From positions 384,001 through 448,000 of the forward strand of contig OY970340.1 in assembly GCA_963717465.1 (NCBI GenBank): a stretch of 64,000 nucleotides of DNA, read 5' to 3'. The DNA is from Candidatus Bathyarchaeota archaeon (GTDB lineage Archaea; Thermoproteota; Bathyarchaeia; Bathyarchaeales; Bathycorpusculaceae). The notes beneath the pieces were generated by a model. It did not search any database and was not told the DNA's origin. It worked only from the letters and a program-made list of their open reading frames with translations. Position 1 is the stretch's first letter; the number at the start of each line of letters is the position of its first letter. The position numbers were made by a program, and so were the translations under genes. Shown here one piece after another: positions 1 to 11,520 of the stretch.

Positions 1-847
1 GTAGAATCTATCGAGGAACGCGGGAAAAGTAGACTTAGTCTTCTCATCTTTGCCAGGAGACTTAGCAGGCAAAGTTGAAGAAGAAATCGCAGCAGTTTAC
101 CCGGTTTTAAGCAAGGCAAGCGCTCACCGAATGGAAAACGATGTCCCCTTGCTCATTCCAGAAATCAACCCAGACCATGCAGAGCTGATTCGGCTTCAGC
201 AGAAGAATAGAGGCTGGAAAGGCTTCATCACAACCGATCCCAACTGCAGCACCATACAATTGGCAATTACGCTTAAGCCGCTTATGCAGTTCGGACTAAA
301 ACAAGTGATCGTTACAACGATGCAAGCGTTAAGCGGAGCAGGATACCCAGGAGTAGCATCACTGGACATAATCGACAACGTAGTCCCGTACATTTCAAAG
401 GAAGAGGAGAAAATGGAAGCCGAAGCCTACAAAATCCTCGGCAGCTTCGACGGAAAAAGCGTAAAGAACGCGGATTTCCAGTTAAGCGCCAGCTGCAACA
501 GAGTCAACGTTAAAGATGGACACTTAGAATCAGTCTTCATCAAACTCGACCAGAATCCTTCGATGGAAGAGGTGGAAGCAGCCTTCGCCAAATTTAAGGG
601 TGAACCACAAAAACTCAAACTACCCTCCGCACCAAAAAACCCAATCATCGTACGCAAGGAACCAAACCGACCACAACCACGCTACGATCGCGACACAGGC
701 AACGGAATGAGCATCGTTGTTGGAAGGCTAAGAAAAGACCCAATCATGACCCTAAAGTACATGTGCCTGGGACATAACACTATTCGCGGCGGAGCAGGCG
801 CAGGAATCCTAAGCGCTGAACTCTTAGTAGCCAAAGGCTTAGCCTAA
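1..847 (+). CDS. asd: Aspartate-semialdehyde dehydrogenase (5' truncated by window edge; probable frameshift near nt 20)
   Basis: Motifs PNCST, MQALSGAGYPGV, EEEK, GHNTIRGGAG; followed by lysA-dapF-dapL. Confidence 0.95.
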
Positions 848-886
848 AAACACTCCATTAAAAACTTGGCAGGACGCGTTAAGGTT

Positions 887-2179
887 ATGGTTAAAAAAAA
901 GCAGTCGCTCAACGAACCGTTAGAGAACCGAAAAGGCACTCTTTTCTTCGACGGAGTTTCAACCAGAGAGTTAGCGGAAAAATACGACACACCACTGTAC
1001 GTGATCAGCGAGAAACGTATAAGGGACAACTATGATCGCCTCCAAACCGCTTTAAACAAGAACTATGAAAGAGTGCGAATCTACTATGCCGCGAAAGCAA
1101 ACTCGAACCTTTCAGTTCTGAAAATACTGCAGTCAGAAGGCGCTTATTTGGATACAGTCAGCCCAGGCGAAATCTTCATGGCACTCACCAGCGGTTTTTC
1201 TCCAGACCGCATCCTATTCACGGGCACAAGCGTCCGAAATGACGAGTTAAAATTCCTCTCCGACGCAAAAGTTACAGTAAACATTGATTCTTTATCCGAA
1301 CTTGAAAGACTGATGAAATTTGCAGTGCCACCTGTCTTGTCGGTTCGAGTTAACCCAGAAGTTGGTGCAGGACACCATAGCCACTGCATAACAGCTGGTC
1401 CAGAATCAAAATTTGGATTATTCGAAGACGATGCTATAAAAGCGTATGAGTTAGCAAAGAAGGCAAGAGTGGAAAGGTTCGGGATACACATGCATGTTGG
1501 TTCAGGCATCCTTGATGTGGAACCGTACCTATTGGCACTTGAGAAGCTTTTGGATGTAGCCAAAAAAGTGCATGAGCAAGTAGGCGTGGACTTCGAATTC
1601 ATAGACATCGGCGGCGGAATCGGAGTTCCATACAAACCCGATGATACAGAATTAGATTTAGCACTATTCTCCAGTAAAGTAATTGTCCTTATTCAAGAGT
1701 AAGGTTAAGGAGTATGGTCTTGGCAAACCGTTGCTTTACTTGGAGCCAGGCAGATACCTTGTCTGCGATGCAAGCATCCTCTTAACAAGCGTTAACACTG
1801 TAAAGGTAACGCCTTCCAAGAAATTTCGTCGGAGTAGACGCTGGCTTTAACACGCTGATCAGGCCGACAATGTACGGCTCATACCACCCCATAATAGTAG
1901 CTAACAAAGTGGGCGCTCCGGAAAAAGAAACGTATGATGTGGTTGGGTCCAATCTGCGAGTCAGGAGACGCTCTCGCTAAAGACCGAAAACTGCCAGCGA
2001 TTGATGAAGGTGACTTGCTGGCTGTTTTAAATGCTGGAGCGTACGGGTACTCAATGAGTTCACAGTACAATTCCCGACCGAGAGCCGCAGAAGTTCTTAT
2101 AAGAAAAGACAAACCAGTACTGGTCAGGGAACGAGAACAACTTGACAATTTAATGTATGGTCAACAATTGGCGGAGTGA
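887..2179 (+). CDS. lysA: Diaminopimelate decarboxylase (about 3 frameshifts near 1685, 1825, 1945)
   Basis: YAAKAN PLP-lysine motif, HMHVGS, DIGGG; read across frames [51 protein letters not shown]. Confidence 0.93.
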
Positions 2180-3022
2180 AAATTATGAAGTTTTGGAAAA
2201 TGCATGGTTTAGGAAACGATTACATCGTAATAGATAATAGAGACCAAAAAATAGATGAGAAAAACGCTTCTAAATTAGCCAAAAAACTCTGCGAAAGACA
2301 CTTCTCAATAGGCGCAGATGGACTGCTTTTAGTTTCAAATTCCACGGTTGCTGATGTTAAAATGCAGATTTTCAACGCTGACGGCAGCCAAGCAGAAATG
2401 TGCGGAAACGGCATACGCTGCTTCGCAAAATACTGCTTCGAAAACAAAATCACAAACAAAACCGAATTCTCAGTGGAAACCCTGGCGGGAGTAAAGAAGG
2501 TTTGGTTAACCCTCGCTAATCAAACTGTTAAAACGATTAAGGTTGATATGGGCAAGCCTGATTGGGATAGGAAAGCGTTGCCCATGCAGGGTGAGGGTAC
2601 ATGCATATACCAAGACCTTGAAGTAGAAGAAGGCGAACACTACAATGTCACTTGCCTTTCATTGGGAAATCCGCATTGCATCATATTCGTGGAGAATGTG
2701 GATGAGTTTCCAGTAGAATACGTCGGTCCACTTATTGAAAATCATGAAGTTTTTCCCAAGAGAACAAACGTTGGCTTTAGCCAAGTTTTAAACAAGAACG
2801 AGACTAAAGCTGAGAGTTTGGGAGCGAGGCTGCGGAGAAACATTAGCCTGCGGAACAGGCGCTTGCGCAGCTGCTGCAGCAGCAAACAACCTAAGAAAAG
2901 TAGGCAACAAAGTCACAGTTCATGTTCGCGGCGGAGACCTGCAAGTGGAAATTTCAGAAAATTTGTATTTAAGCGGACCCGCAGAGAAAGTTTTCGAAGG
3001 AACATTGTTCCAAGAGGTTTAA
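2176..3022 (+). CDS. dapF: Diaminopimelate epimerase (frameshift near 2805)
   Basis: [22 protein letters not shown]; the alternate frame gives [17 protein letters not shown] and ends at TAA 3020-3022. Confidence 0.95.
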
Positions 3023-3025
3023 AAC

Positions 3026-4186
3026 GTGACATTCGAGTACGCTGATCGAATCAAGCGTTTGCCACCATACTTGTTTGCTGAAATAGAAAAACAAATCAAA
3101 GAAAAAAAGGCCCAAGGAGTCGACCTCATCTCTCTAAGCATCGGTGACCCCGATTTGCCGCCGCCCCAGTTTGTGATTGACGCGTTGCGTGAAGAGGCTT
3201 CAAACCTCAAGAACCATAATTACTCATTTAGTCAAGGTGAACCTGATTTTCGAGAGGCTGTTGTGGGCTGGTGCAAGAAACGCTTCAACGTTGACTTGGA
3301 GCATGATCAGGTTGTTGCTCTTTTAGGCAGTAAAGAAGGTATAGCAAACGTGGCGAGGGCATTCGTGAATCATGGTGACCGTGTTTTGGTGCCTGACCCT
3401 GCGTACCCAGTTTACGCGAACGGCAGCACGATTCTGAGCGATGGTGTTCCAGTTGTTATGCCGCTTCTTGAGGAGAACGGGTTTAAACCTGACTTTGAAA
3501 CGCTCAATGCCAACGGTGCGAAGATGATGTTTCTGAATTACCCCAACAACCCTACAGCCGCCACTGTAGGCAAAAAATTCCTTAGAGAAGCAGTGGACTA
3601 TGCGAAGGACAATAACATTATCCTTTGTTACGACAATGCTTATTCAGAAATCAGTTATGATGGTTACAGGGCGCCAAGCATTCTTGAAGTTGACGGAGCA
3701 ATGGATGTAGCAGTGGAGTTTCATTCATTATCAAAAACCTTCAATATGACAGGCGACCGAATAGCGTTTGCCGTTGGAAACAAGCAGATTATCAGCGGCT
3801 TAACAAAAGTCAAATCCCAAATCGATTCAGGTCCACCAGTTTACACTCAAAAAGTAGCAATCAAAGCTTTAGGCGCTTACACCAATGCTGACCCGCCAAA
3901 ATTCTTGCAGAAAACAAACAGGATATACGAAGAGCGACGAGACCTACTTGTCAAAACCCTTCACAATATGGATCTTAAATGCGAAAAACCAAAAGCAACA
4001 TTCTACGTTTGGGCAAACTGCAAAGGAGATTCAATGAAGTTTGCATCAAAACTCTTGGACGTAGGAGTAGCAGTTACTCCAGGCGTTGGATTCGGCAAGT
4101 ACGGCGAAGGATACGTACGAATAACGTTTACTCAGCCAAAAGAAAGAATAAAGGAAGCCTGCAAAAGAATCGCCAGTGCCTTCTAA
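3026..4186 (+). CDS. dapL: LL-diaminopimelate aminotransferase
   Basis: Class I aminotransferase with LPPYLFA start, GSKEG, NYPNNPT, DNAYSE, SLSKTFNMTG; lies in the dap operon. Confidence 0.88.
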   Translation: MTFEYADRIKRLPPYLFAEIEKQIKEKKAQGVDLISLSIGDPDLPPPQFVIDALREEASNLKNHNYSFSQGEPDFREAVVGWCKKRFNVDLEHDQVVALLGSKEGIANVARAFVNHGDRVLVPDPAYPVYANGSTILSDGVPVVMPLLEENGFKPDFETLNANGAKMMFLNYPNNPTAATVGKKFLREAVDYAKDNNIILCYDNAYSEISYDGYRAPSILEVDGAMDVAVEFHSLSKTFNMTGDRIAFAVGNKQIISGLTKVKSQIDSGPPVYTQKVAIKALGAYTNADPPKFLQKTNRIYEERRDLLVKTLHNMDLKCEKPKATFYVWANCKGDSMKFASKLLDVGVAVTPGVGFGKYGEGYVRITFTQPKERIKEACKRIASAF

Positions 4187-4238
4187 CCTGCAAAAATGTG
4201 TTTTACTTCTTTTTGCTATTTTTGTAAAATTTTCGTTT

Positions 4239-4478
4239 TTAACGTTGTTGTGTAGGTTCTTTATTGCCTTTTTGTTTATTCCAGTTTTCTTGAAGCTTTT
4301 CGGCAAGATTGCCATCTTCAAGAATTACCGGGCCACGGTACCCGCAATTTCTGCAGTCCCATAACGACCATAACTGTGGCATACCACGAGCCCAAAAGAC
4401 ATCTGTTGAACCACAATTCGGGCAGAATTTAATCGAAAATTTTCGTTTATCACTTTTTTTGGTTGATTCGCCTGTCAA
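4239..4478 (-). CDS. Small zinc-ribbon protein
   Basis: CPNC and CRNC pairs in 79 aa. Confidence 0.7.
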   Translation of the reverse strand: MTGESTKKSDKRKFSIKFCPNCGSTDVFWARGMPQLWSLWDCRNCGYRGPVILEDGNLAEKLQENWNKQKGNKEPTQQR

Positions 4479-4657
4479 CAGGTACCCCTAAATTCGCTTT
4501 TGACGCATTCTCTTATTAAGCTATACTGTTCAGGAGTGAAAAGTTCTTCTTTGCATTTTGGACATTTGAGCGCCTTTACGTTTCTCAGTATTGTATCACC
4601 GTATTCAAAGTCAACTGTAGTTTCCACATATTTCGTTTTGCATTTTGGGCAATTCAT
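4475..4657 (-). CDS. YgiT/MqsA-type zinc-finger protein
   Basis: MNCPKC...LRNVKALKCPKCKEELFTPE pattern. Confidence 0.75.
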   Translation of the reverse strand: MNCPKCKTKYVETTVDFEYGDTILRNVKALKCPKCKEELFTPEQYSLIRECVKSEFRGTC

Positions 4658-4661
4658 TTTT

Positions 4662-4800
4662 TCACTTCATTTTTGTTACTGTTATTATGATTGTGAATTC
4701 TGCGGTTCCTTGGCAGACTTCTGTCCGTGCATATTTCTTGTTTTAGAAGATAAGCGTGTTTCTTTGCTTTGTTTTTTTGTCACTCGTTGATATTCTTTGA
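4662..4800 (-). pseudogene. Possible remnant of a DUF4258-like toxin gene upstream of the YgiT finger
   Basis: Minus-strand fragment NKKYARTEVCQGTAEFTIIITVTKMK* ends just before the YgiT ORF; it has an upstream in-frame stop and no clear start. Confidence 0.3.
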
Positions 4801-4872
4801 ATTGGCTCTAATTTTAAGTTTTACTAATTTTCTAAAAGTTTAGGTTGTAGGCTAAAAAAATGACTTTGGCGA

Positions 4873-5809
4873 TTATTTGGAACTTGCTTTTGCAAGTTTC
4901 TTTAGAATCGCTCCTTTCCCAATCTCGTAGGCGATTGAGTAGTCGAAGAGTCCTTGTGGTTCAGCGGTTGCACGCTTTATCATTTCTGTTTCAATCTTTA
5001 TTTTTAGTTTGCCGATAGCTAATGCGCCTATGCCGTAAACGCTTGGTTTAAGTTCTTTTCCATCATCGTTTGAGTCTATGCCTTCAACACCGAGTGGTTT
5101 GATCGCATTGATATCAGCAATTATTTTTGCGTTTTTAGCATAAGCCTCCAAATCGCTTAGCTGAAAGCAACTGTATTCCACCAGCGCCAGCAGACAGAAT
5201 AATATCTGCAAACTCTAATGCTAATCCAAGTTGCTGAGGAATAGTGATTTCAACAGCTTTAACTGCTTCTGCACCAACTTCCTTGTTAATCTTGTCAGCT
5301 ACAGCTTGACCTTTTACCAATGAGCGGGAAGTAATTATTACGTGAGCTTTTTCGGAAGCGTAAATTCTTGCCGCTGTTTGCCCAACTGGTCCTGTTCCAG
5401 CTAGAACCGTTACGTTTTTGCCTTCTAAGGTTCCAAGACCCTTCTCTAGTGATACGCCAAGGGTTTTTGCTACTGCGCCTGCCGCTGTGGAATAGCCGCC
5501 TCGTGGGTCAACGATTATCGAGTTTCCCCATGGTGCTGAAGCCATGCATTTCTGGGTTGCCGCCACGACTTCGCTAACCATGTCAAAGTTGCTTCCATTA
5601 ATGAATATTTTAGTGTGTTTCGCGCCTTCAGGTCCTCGTGGGAAAAGAGCATCTAACACTATTTTGGCAGCATCTTCGCTTGTTACGTTTTCATATTTGA
5701 ATATCGTTGAATCAGGAAAAGAATCCAATGCTACCAGCATGTCAAATGGACTACAATATTTATCGGTATCTAGGAAAACAAAAACTGTTTTGAAACTTGG
5801 TTGTGTCAT
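4873..5809 (-). CDS. mtd: NAD(P)-dependent methylene-tetrahydromethanopterin dehydrogenase-like protein (MtdA/B/C family; frameshift near 5165)
   Basis: SPFD motif, FPRGP, DPRGGYSTAA, VLAGTGPVG, AGAGGIQLL, DINA..PLGVEG, GIGALAIGKLK. Confidence 0.82.
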
Positions 5810-5949
5810 ATTTATACCCTAACCTGACGTTGTAGGATGCAGCTTTAAGATTTAGAGTTTTCGACGATTTATCCGACCAATTGAATGTTGATTCTGTATG
5901 AAAACATTTTTTTTAAAATTCTAATTTCTAAGCGAAACTTAAGGTGCAG

Positions 5950-6663
5950 TCATTTTGCTCTTTCCCAGTAAAAGAGAAACAAGTCTTTTATCCAGTTTGT
6001 AAATGCTGGGTCGCTTCCACTAAAACTGGCATAGTCCACTCTTCCATCAACGAAGCGAAAGCATATGGCTGCCTCTTTTTCGGTGAACGCAAGAATGACT
6101 GGGCTGTTCAAAATGGTTCTGTTTTCAAGATTGGGCAGTTTTATTGGCGGTTGCGGCGAAAGGATTTTGTATTGGACGCCTTTCGGAATTTGTTTAGCTA
6201 TATCTTCAAACGGTTGATCCATGGGCTCAGCACTGATTCCCCACATGTACTTCTCGGCTTGCCAAATCATCTGCGAAGACCTAGTTGTGCTCTCTAACAA
6301 GCCCATTCTCAGGGTTGCCTGTGAAAGTTCGCCAATTCTGTTTACAAATTGCTCAGGAAGCCGCCAGAAGTCATGGCTTAAAATGTATTGTTTGTTCTTT
6401 AGGGCGAATTCCATAACATAAACGAAATGCAATTCTAATTTGCCGTATTGAGTGATGGCATAGGAGCCGTCAGGTTGCCTTTGAATAAGTGAAGTTGAGC
6501 TTAAACGTTCAAGTTGTCTAAAGGCTTCTGTTGCAGTTAAATTTAGACGACGAGCGATTTCCTGCATTTTCAGGTTCGAAGTTTGCAATTCGCGCAATAT
6601 GTCGAGCCTACTTTTATTTGCAAACTCAAAGAATAATCTCTCTACTTCTTCCGCGTTTTCCAA
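5950..6663 (-). CDS. Winged-HTH transcriptional regulator (ArsR-like N-terminus, archaeal DUF1724-like C-terminus)
   Basis: N-terminal RLDIL...EIARRLNLTATEAFRQLERL HTH followed by YAITQYG wing. Confidence 0.8.
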   Translation of the reverse strand: MENAEEVERLFFEFANKSRLDILRELQTSNLKMQEIARRLNLTATEAFRQLERLSSTSLIQRQPDGSYAITQYGKLELHFVYVMEFALKNKQYILSHDFWRLPEQFVNRIGELSQATLRMGLLESTTRSSQMIWQAEKYMWGISAEPMDQPFEDIAKQIPKGVQYKILSPQPPIKLPNLENRTILNSPVILAFTEKEAAICFRFVDGRVDYASFSGSDPAFTNWIKDLFLFYWERAK

Positions 6664-6693
6664 GTCGCTTACCTGCTAATAATTTCTAGCCAC

Positions 6694-6709
6694 TGTGTAA
6701 TATTACACA
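6694..6709. promoter_or_regulatory. Perfect 16-bp palindrome TGTGTAATATTACACA, candidate operator
   Basis: Self-complementary; sits between the divergent regulator (start 6663) and the 6770-7233 gene pair. Confidence 0.6.
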
Positions 6710-6769
6710 TTGCGTTCAAATAAAACTAATCACATTTCAGGCTTTCTTACTATTTTGAGGCAAGAAAAA

Positions 6770-7033
6770 ATGGAAAACAACACAAACAAAACACGGCTCT
6801 TTTCCGTGGAACTAAAATCTAAAGCAAACCTCAGAAGCATTATGATGACAAACGGCAACTCAACTGAAGGCGTTATGATTGAGGGTGTGCTCGGTGAACT
6901 GCTGAAAGCTCGTTTTGCAGAAGAGATAATCTTGGAAGTCATCGGGACTAATGGCATTCTGCGCGTGGATCTTAGGGCAAGCGAGATAACTAAGCTAAAG
7001 TTGGAAAACGAAACGGAAGGCGAAAAGCTATGA
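6770..7033 (+). CDS. Hypothetical protein
   Basis: ORF from ATG 6770; its stop overlaps the next start (ATGA). Confidence 0.65.
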   Translation: MENNTNKTRLFSVELKSKANLRSIMMTNGNSTEGVMIEGVLGELLKARFAEEIILEVIGTNGILRVDLRASEITKLKLENETEGEKL

Positions 7034-7233
7034 ACGCTTTAGGCTTCGTCTTTATTTTTATAATGGTCATATTAACTATTGCAACTATAAAGACGGCAAT
7101 ACCTGACTCAAACGGCAGACTAAACCTAATAGGATACAGAACCTGTTGTCCCTTCGCTCCCGCAAGCACTGCAATTGGCATCGCGGCAGTCATTATCCTA
7201 TTCATTGTGGCAAAGAGAATAACGCTTTTTTGA
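7030..7233 (+). CDS. Small two-TM membrane protein with GYRTCCPFAP motif
   Basis: Two hydrophobic segments flank a Cys-containing loop; coupled to the upstream ORF. Confidence 0.65.
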   Translation: MNALGFVFIFIMVILTIATIKTAIPDSNGRLNLIGYRTCCPFAPASTAIGIAAVIILFIVAKRITLF

Positions 7234-7443
7234 AACATTCAAAAAAAAAGGCTGTGAAGACGTTGAAAGCATCGCTTAACGACCTAACTTTCTTTTGTCA
7301 TCAATGAGTTAACTTCAGTATCATTCTTGAGCAGACGGAAGTAACATGGAAAACAAACAGACGAAGAAGTACCAGAACCTCAAACCACAATTGTTTAATA
7401 ACTTAGCCAGCGTCTTAATTAACAAATTTGGGAAGTCAGGTAA

Positions 7444-8490
7444 ATGGCGACAAACGAAACTTTAGAAAAACTCTCGAACGCTTGCGGCGTGACCGGCAGA
7501 GAAGAAGAAGTTCAAAAATTAATGATTAATTACATGAAGCCCCATGTCGACGAAGTATCAACGGATAAGCTTGAAAACGTCATTGGAATTAGAAAGGGAA
7601 AAAAATCTGCGTTAAAAATTATGCTTGCCGCTCACATGGATGAAGTCGGCTTAATGGTGAAAACAGTTACTAAAGAAGGATTTATACAGTTCATGAAGAT
7701 GGGTGGAATAGACGATAGAATACTGCCGGCCCAAAAAGTAATAGTCTACACAAAAAAAGGTTCCCTACCAGGAATAATTGGGTCAAAGCCGCCGCACATT
7801 CAAAAAGAAGAGGAAAGGAAAAAAGTCTTGGCTTTCGATGAACTTTTCATCGATATTGGAGCAGAAAGCAAAGATGATGCGGCAGCATTAGGAGTATCAA
7901 TTGGTGACCCAGTTGGTTTTGACGTTAAATACGAAAATTTAGGCAAGAACATTGTAATGGGCAAAGCATTTGATAATCGCGCAGGCTGCTTAGTACTAAT
8001 TGAAACCCTAAAATTACTTAAAGAAAACTGACTGCACAATCTGCGCAGTCGGCACGGTTCAGGAAGAAGTCGGATTACGCGGCGCTGGAACAGCAGCTTT
8101 CGGCATTGACCCTGACGTTGCCTTAGCATTGGACGTAACTGTAGCTGGCGACGTTCCAGGAGTAAAAGAAACCGATACAAGCGTAAAAATGGGTAAAGGA
8201 CCAACGCTAACAATTTCAGATTCAGGATTAATCACTAGCCCAAAGATTCTCAAGATGGCTAGTGGAAACGGCTGAAAAAGAAAAAATTCCTTTTCAAGTC
8301 GAGTCAGGAATACTCGGTTCAACTGATGCGGCAAGAATATCATTAACCCGACAAGGCATTCCAAGCAGCTGCAATATCTGTTCCAACCCGCTACATTCAC
8401 AGTCCAGTAGGAATTCTCAACTTAAAGGATATAGAAAACTCGGCGAAGCTTGCCGCAGCAGCAATTGGCAACATTGCAAAACACTTCTAA
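7444..8490 (+). CDS. M42 family (TET-like) aminopeptidase (about 3 frameshifts)
   Basis: [41 protein letters not shown] across frames. Confidence 0.9.
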
Positions 8491-8561
8491 CAATTAACAT
8501 AAAAGGTTAATCCGAAATTTTTTTAAAAGTACTTACTTACTTTTAGTATAAGGTTAAATCG

Positions 8562-9000
8562 ATGGATTTCACGGGCAAATTCGAGTTTTTAGAACATACT
8601 GCAGACGTTTACATCAGGGCTCATGGGAAAACGATGGAGGAAGCTTACGAGAACGCTGCACTTGCAATGTTCGAAACAATAACTGACACTGGAAAAAGTT
8701 TCACAATCCGAAGAGGACTATGTGGAAGTTGAAGCGGAAGATCAATACGCGCTGCTTTATAATTGGCTTGAAGCCTTGCTTGTTAACTCTGAAACCAAAG
8801 AAATGCTTTACTCGAAATTTCAAATAACAAAACTGGAAGAAAACACTGAAGGATTCAAAATTAAAGCTAAAATTTGGGGAGAAAAATTTTCTCCAGAAAA
8901 ACACCCGCAGAAAGTCGCAGTGAAAGCCGTGACTTATCATTTAATGGTGATAATAAGAGAAACAGATAGAGTACTTTTAGAGTTCATCTTAGACATTTAA
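8562..9000 (+). CDS. Archease (frameshift near 8695)
   Basis: FEFLEHTADV N-terminus, VKAVTYH, and C-terminal LDI. Confidence 0.92.
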
Positions 9001-9003
9001 CAT

Positions 9004-9657
9004 CTAAACTAGTTTTTTCTTTTTTAGTTCAGCAATCATTTTATCAACCATAGGTTCCGGCGGCGAATCAATGGATGTTGTTTCGGACGTTATGAAGGGC
9101 ACTTTCTTTTCCTTGAAGAACTGAATAAGCGGACTGGTTTGTTCCTCATAGACTTTAAGCCTGTTCTTTATTACTTCTTCATTGTCGTCTGAACGCTGAT
9201 ACAACGGTCCACCGCATTTGTCGCATTTTCCTTCAACTTTTGGTTTTAAGAATCGAATGTTGTAGACTTCTCCGCAGTTACGGCATATCCTCCTGGTAGA
9301 CAAGCGCTCAATGATAATAGAATCAGGAACATTGAGGAGCAAAATAACATCGATTTTGGTTATCGAATCCAAGATTTTTGCTTGAGCCAAAGTTCTTGGG
9401 TAACCATCAAAAATGAAGCCTTTCTTATTTCTTTGCCCAGATAATTTTTCCTTTAAAACTTCAACTACCACGTCATCAGGGACAAGTTGTCCTTTTTCAA
9501 GGTAAACTTTAACTTTCTTTCCTAACGCAGTGTCCTGCTTAACTATTTCTCGGAAAATGTCACCCATTGCAATAATACTTACTCCAAGCTTAGCTTGAAG
9601 CCTTGACGCCATAGTTCCTTTTCCAGCTCCAGGCGCTCCAAAGATTATCGCGTTCAA
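9004..9657 (-). CDS. adk: Adenylate kinase with Zn-binding LID
   Basis: GAPGAGKGT P-loop, FDGYPRT, CRNC..CDKC LID, RSDD. Confidence 0.95.
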   Translation of the reverse strand: MNAIIFGAPGAGKGTMASRLQAKLGVSIIAMGDIFREIVKQDTALGKKVKVYLEKGQLVPDDVVVEVLKEKLSGQRNKKGFIFDGYPRTLAQAKILDSITKIDVILLLNVPDSIIIERLSTRRICRNCGEVYNIRFLKPKVEGKCDKCGGPLYQRSDDNEEVIKNRLKVYEEQTSPLIQFFKEKKVPFITSETTSIDSPPEPMVDKMIAELKKKKLV

Positions 9658-9957
9658 ACCCTTTCTAACTCCATTTTAGCAATTTCAAAGGTGACAACGC
9701 ATAATTAAGTATTCGCCGAATTTTTCGCAATAAACCATCCATTTTTTGTTATTTTCCCCGCTGGTTTCCCGTTTCTCACGAATTATCTGTTGTCGGCACA
9801 CCATGTAAACCGTCACTTAGCAAGTCAGATGCCACAGCCTGTTAACTAAATAAGTACTTAGACCTTAGAAATCATCCCTGATGTAAACGGCGTTAAAATC
9901 CACTAACCTTAAATTGGAAGCTAAACAATATCTCAATTAGTTGTAATTTTAATAAAA

Positions 9958-11520
9958 GTGAAACTTTTGGCTGTTTCTAACAAGAAATTGCGCACACGTA
10001 AGCATAGAGAAGCTGATGAAGCGCTAAAAAAATCCAAAGAAAAATATCAAGCTATAATAGAAACTGCAAATGACTTCATTTGGGAAGCCGATACTAAGAG
10101 GCGCTTTACTTATTGTAGTCCTCAGATTGAAAAGTTGTGGGGAATTAAAACTCAGGATGTGATTGGCCAGGATTTTACTGATAAATTACCAGATAAAGAA
10201 AAAGAAAAAATGCGAGCAATGTATGCAGAATTAAACAGTAATCCTAAGCCATTTATTGGTTTAAAAGTAGCTTCTTACAATGTCGAAGGGCAATTAATTT
10301 TTACAGAGATAAATGCTGTTCCATTTTTTGATGCTAAAGGTAAGCTGCTTGGTTGGCGAGGAATAACAAGAGACATTACCGAACGTAAGAGGGCTGAAGA
10401 AAAACTTGCAGAATATACCGAAAATCTTGAGAGACTTGTAGAAGAACGCACCAAAAAAATTCAATTAAGCGCATCATATGCCAGAAACTTGATCGAAGCA
10501 AGCCTTGACCCTTTAGTAACAATTAGTGCTGAAGGTAAAATTACTGATGTAAACAAAGCCACAGAGTTGGTAACAGGATACTCAAGAGAAGAATTGATTG
10601 GAAGTGATTTTTCACTCTATTTTACTGACCCAAAAAAAGCAAGTTTAGGATACAAACAAGCTTTTGATAAGGGGCATGTCATAGACTATCCTTTAGCTAT
10701 TAAACACAAGTCTGGAAAAATCACCGATGTCTTATACAATGCAACAGTCTACCGAGATGCCTATGGCAAGATACTGGGCATTTTTGCTGCTGCCCGCGAC
10801 ATCACGGAACGCAGAAAACTGGAAAAGAAACTGCAGGATGCAGAGCGTTTGGCTGCTATTGGGGCTACTGCGGGCATGGTTGGACATGATATACGTAATC
10901 CGTTACAGTCGATAACAGGCGACTTGTATTTAGTAAAAACAGAATTGCCCGATTTGCCAAATAGCAAGCAAAAAGAAAGCATCTATGAAAGCATAAAAGC
11001 GATCGAGCAATCGGTAGAATACATTAACAAGATCGTGCAGGACCTGCAAGATTACGCGAAACCAATCAAACCTGCTCAAAAACTAACCAACCTTGAAGAA
11101 TTAATTAACATAATAATATCCAAAATTGTTTCTCCAAATATTGAGATCAGAATAGAAATTCAGAAAGAAGCAAGCACAATCATGACAGACCCTGATTTAC
11201 TTAGAAGAATCATCAGCAATTTAATTTTAAATTCTGTTCAAGCTATGCCAAACGGCGGAGAACTCGACATAAGTGCTTACATGGATAAAGAGCATATCGT
11301 TATCACCACTAAAGATTCGGGTTTTGGTATTCCTGACGAAATTAAGCCTAAATTATTTACACCTATGGTAACAACCAAAGCGAAAGGTCAAGGTTTTGGA
11401 CTTGCCGCTGTAAAGCACATTACTGAAGCATTAGGCGGCACGATTTCATTTGAAAGTAAAGTTGGCAAAGGAACAAAATTCACAGTTAAATTGCCCATAC
11501 AAAAACAAGATTTACGCTGA
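9958..11520 (+). CDS. PAS/PAC sensor histidine kinase (soluble, orphan)
   Basis: Two PAS/PAC domains ending in RDITERK/RDITERR, H-box GHDIRNPL, and N/G1/F/G2 boxes. Confidence 0.92.
   Translation: MKLLAVSNKKLRTRKHREADEALKKSKEKYQAIIETANDFIWEADTKRRFTYCSPQIEKLWGIKTQDVIGQDFTDKLPDKEKEKMRAMYAELNSNPKPFIGLKVASYNVEGQLIFTEINAVPFFDAKGKLLGWRGITRDITERKRAEEKLAEYTENLERLVEERTKKIQLSASYARNLIEASLDPLVTISAEGKITDVNKATELVTGYSREELIGSDFSLYFTDPKKASLGYKQAFDKGHVIDYPLAIKHKSGKITDVLYNATVYRDAYGKILGIFAAARDITERRKLEKKLQDAERLAAIGATAGMVGHDIRNPLQSITGDLYLVKTELPDLPNSKQKESIYESIKAIEQSVEYINKIVQDLQDYAKPIKPAQKLTNLEELINIIISKIVSPNIEIRIEIQKEASTIMTDPDLLRRIISNLILNSVQAMPNGGELDISAYMDKEHIVITTKDSGFGIPDEIKPKLFTPMVTTKAKGQGFGLAAVKHITEALGGTISFESKVGKGTKFTVKLPIQKQDLR

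Noticed and set aside
196..657. Antisense ORFs here and over most conserved genes in the ORF track
   Set aside because: They are shadow frames of well-supported genes and carry no motifs.
8029..8031. TGA within the M42 peptidase as possible selenocysteine
   Set aside because: The protein continues in a different frame after an A-run, so this is an indel and not read-through.
9700..9900. Intergenic stretch between adk and the kinase as a possible riboswitch or ncRNA
   Set aside because: I could identify no recognisable consensus or convincing stem set by eye.
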